DNA of 64,000 bases from Bugula neritina (taxonomy: Eukaryota; Animalia; Bryozoa): NCBI GenBank assembly GCA_964035545.1, contig OZ037771.1, positions 7,287,190 to 7,351,189 of the forward strand, in the 5' to 3' direction. This document shows, in pieces, positions 58,265 to 64,000 of the stretch. The position numbers and the translations under genes are program-made. Below the pieces are notes generated by a model. It searched no databases. It saw only the letters and a program-made list of their open reading frames with translations, and was not told where the DNA came from. Every line of letters begins with the position of its first letter. Within the stretch, counting starts at the first letter, position 1.

Positions 58265-58849
58265 CGTAAAATAACCACTAACTGTTTTTTTTTCAAAACT
58301 GCTTGGCTTATGGAAAAAATCCTAATCAATGATATACATGTTGGCTTTGTTGGAAGGTTAAGAAATAACGAAATACAAATATAGAAAAGTTAGAAAGCAT
58401 GTCTGCAAAAATAAAAATATTTATATTTAGAGGGTGTCTAAATCTTGTTATTGTATCACAACTTACTTGGGTCTACTCCTGCATTCCTCAAGACATTTTC
58501 AAATGAAATAGCAAGAAATAAAATGGAAGAAATGTAATGCATAGTTCATTGCATGAAAATCTGCCCGTGCATTTTAGCAGTTGAAAAATCTACTAATAAT
58601 ATGCAGAGCTTATATTAATTATTATTTATGCCCAACAATCCAAAACAAAGTAACTGCATTTGCAATTGGCACTTTGAAATATTAGCATATTGTTGCTGTA
58701 AACATAACATTTTTATAAAAGCAGTGATATTTTTTAAAAATTTGTCCCATTTTTCTTTTGGTATTTGTTTATATATTTCAACTCATCATTCACTGTGACT
58801 AGAAAGGGTAAATTATATAATAGACCACTTTTATAACCGCTATTTGTTT

Positions 58850-59338
58850 GGTTTCATCCAATATAGACGCTTCACAGTTAGACTCTATTTATATTTTGGT
58901 ACCACTATAAAGTACAGTAATATATATACTTACAATATATATATACCTACAATATAAATGTTGCATTGATTGCTATATAAATAGCTATAATAGCTAATAT
59001 AGCTATAATAGCTAATATACAAATTATCTGTAATAATTATAATATATATTTTATTATCTTTAATGAATACTTATTATAATGGAATATATTTTCAAACAAC
59101 AAAAAGTATAGAAAATGCAAAAATTAATAAGTTAATACATATCAAAGGAATTATTTTGTGTGCTAAATAACAAGCAATGGGTCCAAGTTTATTTATTTCA
59201 ATACTATTCAAATAAATTGCACATACACCATATATTATACTAAAATAAATAAATAACATCTAACTGAGAGTCGTCCATGTGGGAAGCGTCTAAGTTGGAA
59301 ATTGAGCCTAGTGGGAAGTTTCTATCTGGGATGACACC
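58850..59338. mobile_element. Degenerate MITE of the same family as 19639-20510
   Basis: Ends GGTTTCATCC.. and ..GGGATGACACC; internal GTCTAAGT/GTGGGAA repeats. Confidence 0.6.
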
Positions 59339-60355
59339 ATATTGTTACATAAATTTATAAGCTCTGCATGACATTTCTTATTATAAATAGTTTTGAAATT
59401 AAAGTTAGAATGCATAAAACCAAACGCAAAATTGTTTCGTTAAGATAAACAGCTTTTTATTTCAAAAACACATTGCCCTTCAAAATACCAGTATAATTCG
59501 ATGGATGTTGGAAATTATAATATAAAATTAGTTTCATTCACCAATACAGCATTGCATAGCTTTATTGCATAATTATACTGCCACAAGTTTAAACAATAAC
59601 ATTTACGTAGCAAAGGCCTACACATGATTGTGTCTAGTTGAAGGGGCAGAGGTCAGAAGTATGCAAGCCTACAATTTACAAAACAAGTGACAAATATTAG
59701 TGCAATCTTGTTGGGATTATTATAATTGATTTTTTGCAAAAAATGAAGAACCTTCACATACGTGAGTCAAACCTAAGAATTGTTTTGATCAGACTGATAA
59801 CGGACAGCAGACTTTGCAGTGACAAAGGTTAATTTTCCACAGCATAACCCCATTGAGTCATATTTATTGCAAATATTTTTTCTTGCTAAACTGCACTAAA
59901 AACATCTTGTTTTTTTTAAATTAAGGAAATACTAGACTTTATCCAGTAAACATCCTTACTATCTAGCTGTGAAGTGGAAGGAAATGCCAAACTTAATGCT
60001 GTAAGCATCTTAATTTCTAAGCTGTAAAAGTAGGGGAAGTCTATAACAATATTAACAATAACTCCATAAGGTATGGTAATCACTTATAAAGCAAATAACT
60101 CTTTGAACTATAATAAGTAATACACATAAAATTATAATTTTTAAAAAATGTGAACACATTCTTTGAAATCTCAATCCCTTCCCACCACTTTGGTGTAATA
60201 CAGCATGTGTATCAATATAATTATAATTAATAATAATAATATTTGAAAAGTATAAATAAATGTTTTTCTAACAAAGTATTTATTGATAGTGACAAATTAA
60301 CTTGGGGTTGCAAACTAGATGTTATGCACACATTAAATAATCATTCCGATAAGGT

Positions 60356-61684
60356 AGTAGGGGTAACGGGGGCACAACGGTCATAGGGGTACAAAAAGCC
60401 GGCCAAATTGTGAGAGAACTTATTGACTTAGAGTTGTGATTTTTTTTTCATAAAAAGATATTGACATAATTATTCAGCCCTTGTAGTTTCAACACTTGCG
60501 GAACATACATGTTGAAAAGGCGAGTAAAAAACTGTTTTTACCTACTTTTTGTAAATTTTTTAGGATGTCGTTGAAGCCTTATAACTTTTTACACTCAAAG
60601 GCAAGAAGCCTAGATTTTACTAATACTGTTGCCATTGCTTGTCTCTACAATACTTAACTAATATAACAGCAAACACTGAAACAAATTTTCCTTGAGGCAC
60701 ATTTATTTTCAATTTGGCCACACGGGGCACAATGGGCCACGCTGACCGGGGCACAATGGGCCACCTGATTATTGCACCCTGATCACTGTTATTAGTTTGT
60801 TTGCCCAAAAAGTTGGTTGAAATGTTACTGAAATCTATAAATATAGCCATTTCTGACCTTTTTGTAAAATATCAAAGACATCATGGTAAGACTACAAAAC
60901 TACAAGTTGAAGCTCCCCTAATACATACATCTGGTGAGGTTAAAGCTTTGCCATTTTATACATAATACAAAACTTTCTGCTGTTGCTACTAGTAGATAGT
61001 CATGATAAACATTATATATTACACCATTGAGGGAATATACATGCATTTGACAGAAATGAATTGTGATTTGCTCATTTGCTCCCCCCTCTCCCTTCCGTAC
61101 TCCAGTCACAAACCTCAGCCATTCATGCACCTTAGCTACAGTTCATTGAAAAAATTTCACTCAGAATTTTGTAGTACATTTTAGTAAAGTTTTTTTTAAT
61201 AAACGTTCCTCTGAAGTGAAAATAACAAAACATTTTTAGTTTTAAACAGTAATGATAATGGCACTGCAAAACCGAGTGTTGTGCGTTTGATTTTGCTTTC
61301 CTCTGCTATCCGTATAGTGGCACAAACTGTACAGCTAAAACATGAATTTTGCTGTAGATCTGAAAGAGTATCTTTATTTATTTGTATTATTAAATAAATA
61401 AAGATCAGATATAACAAAATACGCAAAATTTCAATATATTTGTTGTGTCCCACCCAGTGGCCCATTGTACCCCGGTACCGGGGCACAATGGGCCAATTTT
61501 TTCGTCATGAAAATCTCATTATTCTGAAAGTTGTGAAAGAGATAGAAACAACAAATTGGTACCTGTAATAGACAACAGATGCAGCATTGAGACTAGAAAT
61601 TATTGAACTAGTAACTTGAAAAACAGACGAATGAGAGCAACAAATGCAAAATTCGGCCCGTTGTGCCCCCGTTACCCCTATACT
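60356..61684. mobile_element. Non-autonomous TIR DNA transposon (about 1.3 kb)
   Basis: Perfect 23-bp inverted repeat TAGGGGTAACGGGGGCACAACGG (60358-60380 and 61658-61680); internal CGGGGCACAATGGGCC repeats near 60723, 60748 and 61479, and an inverted one near 61459. Confidence 0.8.
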
Positions 61685-62263
61685 GCTCAACTTTCAAATA
61701 CCAGTTATAACATTATTGTAGCGAAAATTAAACATATGCGCTATGATAATATCATATATATACTGCACAACTTTCAAGCACTAGTTATAGTATTAGGCAT
61801 AATAAATGTTATGTCAATAGAAAATCTATATAGCTTGTTTATTCAAATGTACGAGTGACATATTAAGAACTCAGGTAAATTAAATTGTATTTAGACTCAA
61901 CACTAACAATTATATTTATGAAAGCTTACACCGATTATATAATGGCCTGGAAAAGCTTATCAATTATCAAAAGTAAGTGTAATCTACTTATCGGTTCTTT
62001 TCATGCTTTTACAAACTCTTATTCATAAAATCCAATCAAATATAATAAAGATATGCAAAAGTTATTGATAGCTTTATTACATTGTTATGAGGAGGTTTGT
62101 TTTTAAAGTATGTAGATACAAACCAGTTTGAGTTTACATCACCGCTATCAATTTAAAGTTTTCAAATGCTTTGACCTTTAAACACCCTTCAAGTTCTCAC
62201 GTAAGCTGCCAAACATCGATAACTGCTAATCTGCTTTGAATTATAGATTATAATAAGCACTCG

Positions 62264-62334
62264 CAGCTGTACTCTAGTATATAAAGCTGCGGTGAAGGGC
62301 AAGAGAACCCATTCCACTTTTCATCTAGCAGCTG
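62264..62334 (+). promoter_or_regulatory. TATA box and two E-boxes upstream of the secreted-protein gene
   Basis: TATATAAA at 62278-62285, about 70 bp before ATG 62353; CAGCTG at 62264 and 62329. Confidence 0.5.
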
Positions 62335-62352
62335 TATACTGCATCTATTAAC

Positions 62353-63694
<1,342 letters not shown>

Positions 63695-64000
63695 GTAAGC
63701 AGAATGGTGCTGTCCTAAGCTGATAAGTGCTGAGTCAAAGGGTCTATTACAGATATGGTTGCAGATGTAACCTCAGTACTCTATTTTTATTGCATTAGGC
63801 AGTTTACTTTTTAATGCTATACCTACATAAATGTGCTTTTACCCTCCTTAATTGCTTTTGTCTTGTGAAATTAATAAAAATTATAAACACTTGGTTTTAA
63901 TAACCATATATGATTACATAAAGGCTACATTCTTTAATAGCTTTATATTTTTACAATTGGAAAGAAAAAGAAATTGTAATACAAAATTATGGTTTGTTTA

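Overview
AT-rich, intron-containing animal genomic DNA, probably an invertebrate; the taxon cannot be fixed from sequence alone. About 58 kb is a cluster of six paralogous type I membrane receptor genes, here called A-F and arranged A> B> <C D> E> <F. All exons were read by hand from GT-AG boundaries and give open, in-phase CDSs. Shared architecture: signal peptide - 0 to 3 six-Cys Sushi/CCP domains - four FN3-like domains - one four-Cys Sushi - TM - divergent cytoplasmic tail. One tail carries an ITIM-consensus motif and another has no tyrosine. C and D form a head-to-head inverted duplication with only about 630 bp between their start codons. Two identical type I hammerhead ribozymes sit beside (TA)n tracts in introns of C and D, one inside a roughly 270-nt structured, retrozyme-like unit. 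At the right end begins a spliced gene, missed by the ORF track, for a secreted protein whose predicted mature N-terminus is His (HSWIACTDY...[13 protein letters not shown]), suggesting an LPMO-like copper histidine-brace protein. The rest is tRNA-derived SINEs, hAT derivatives, MITEs, LINE remnants and microsatellites.
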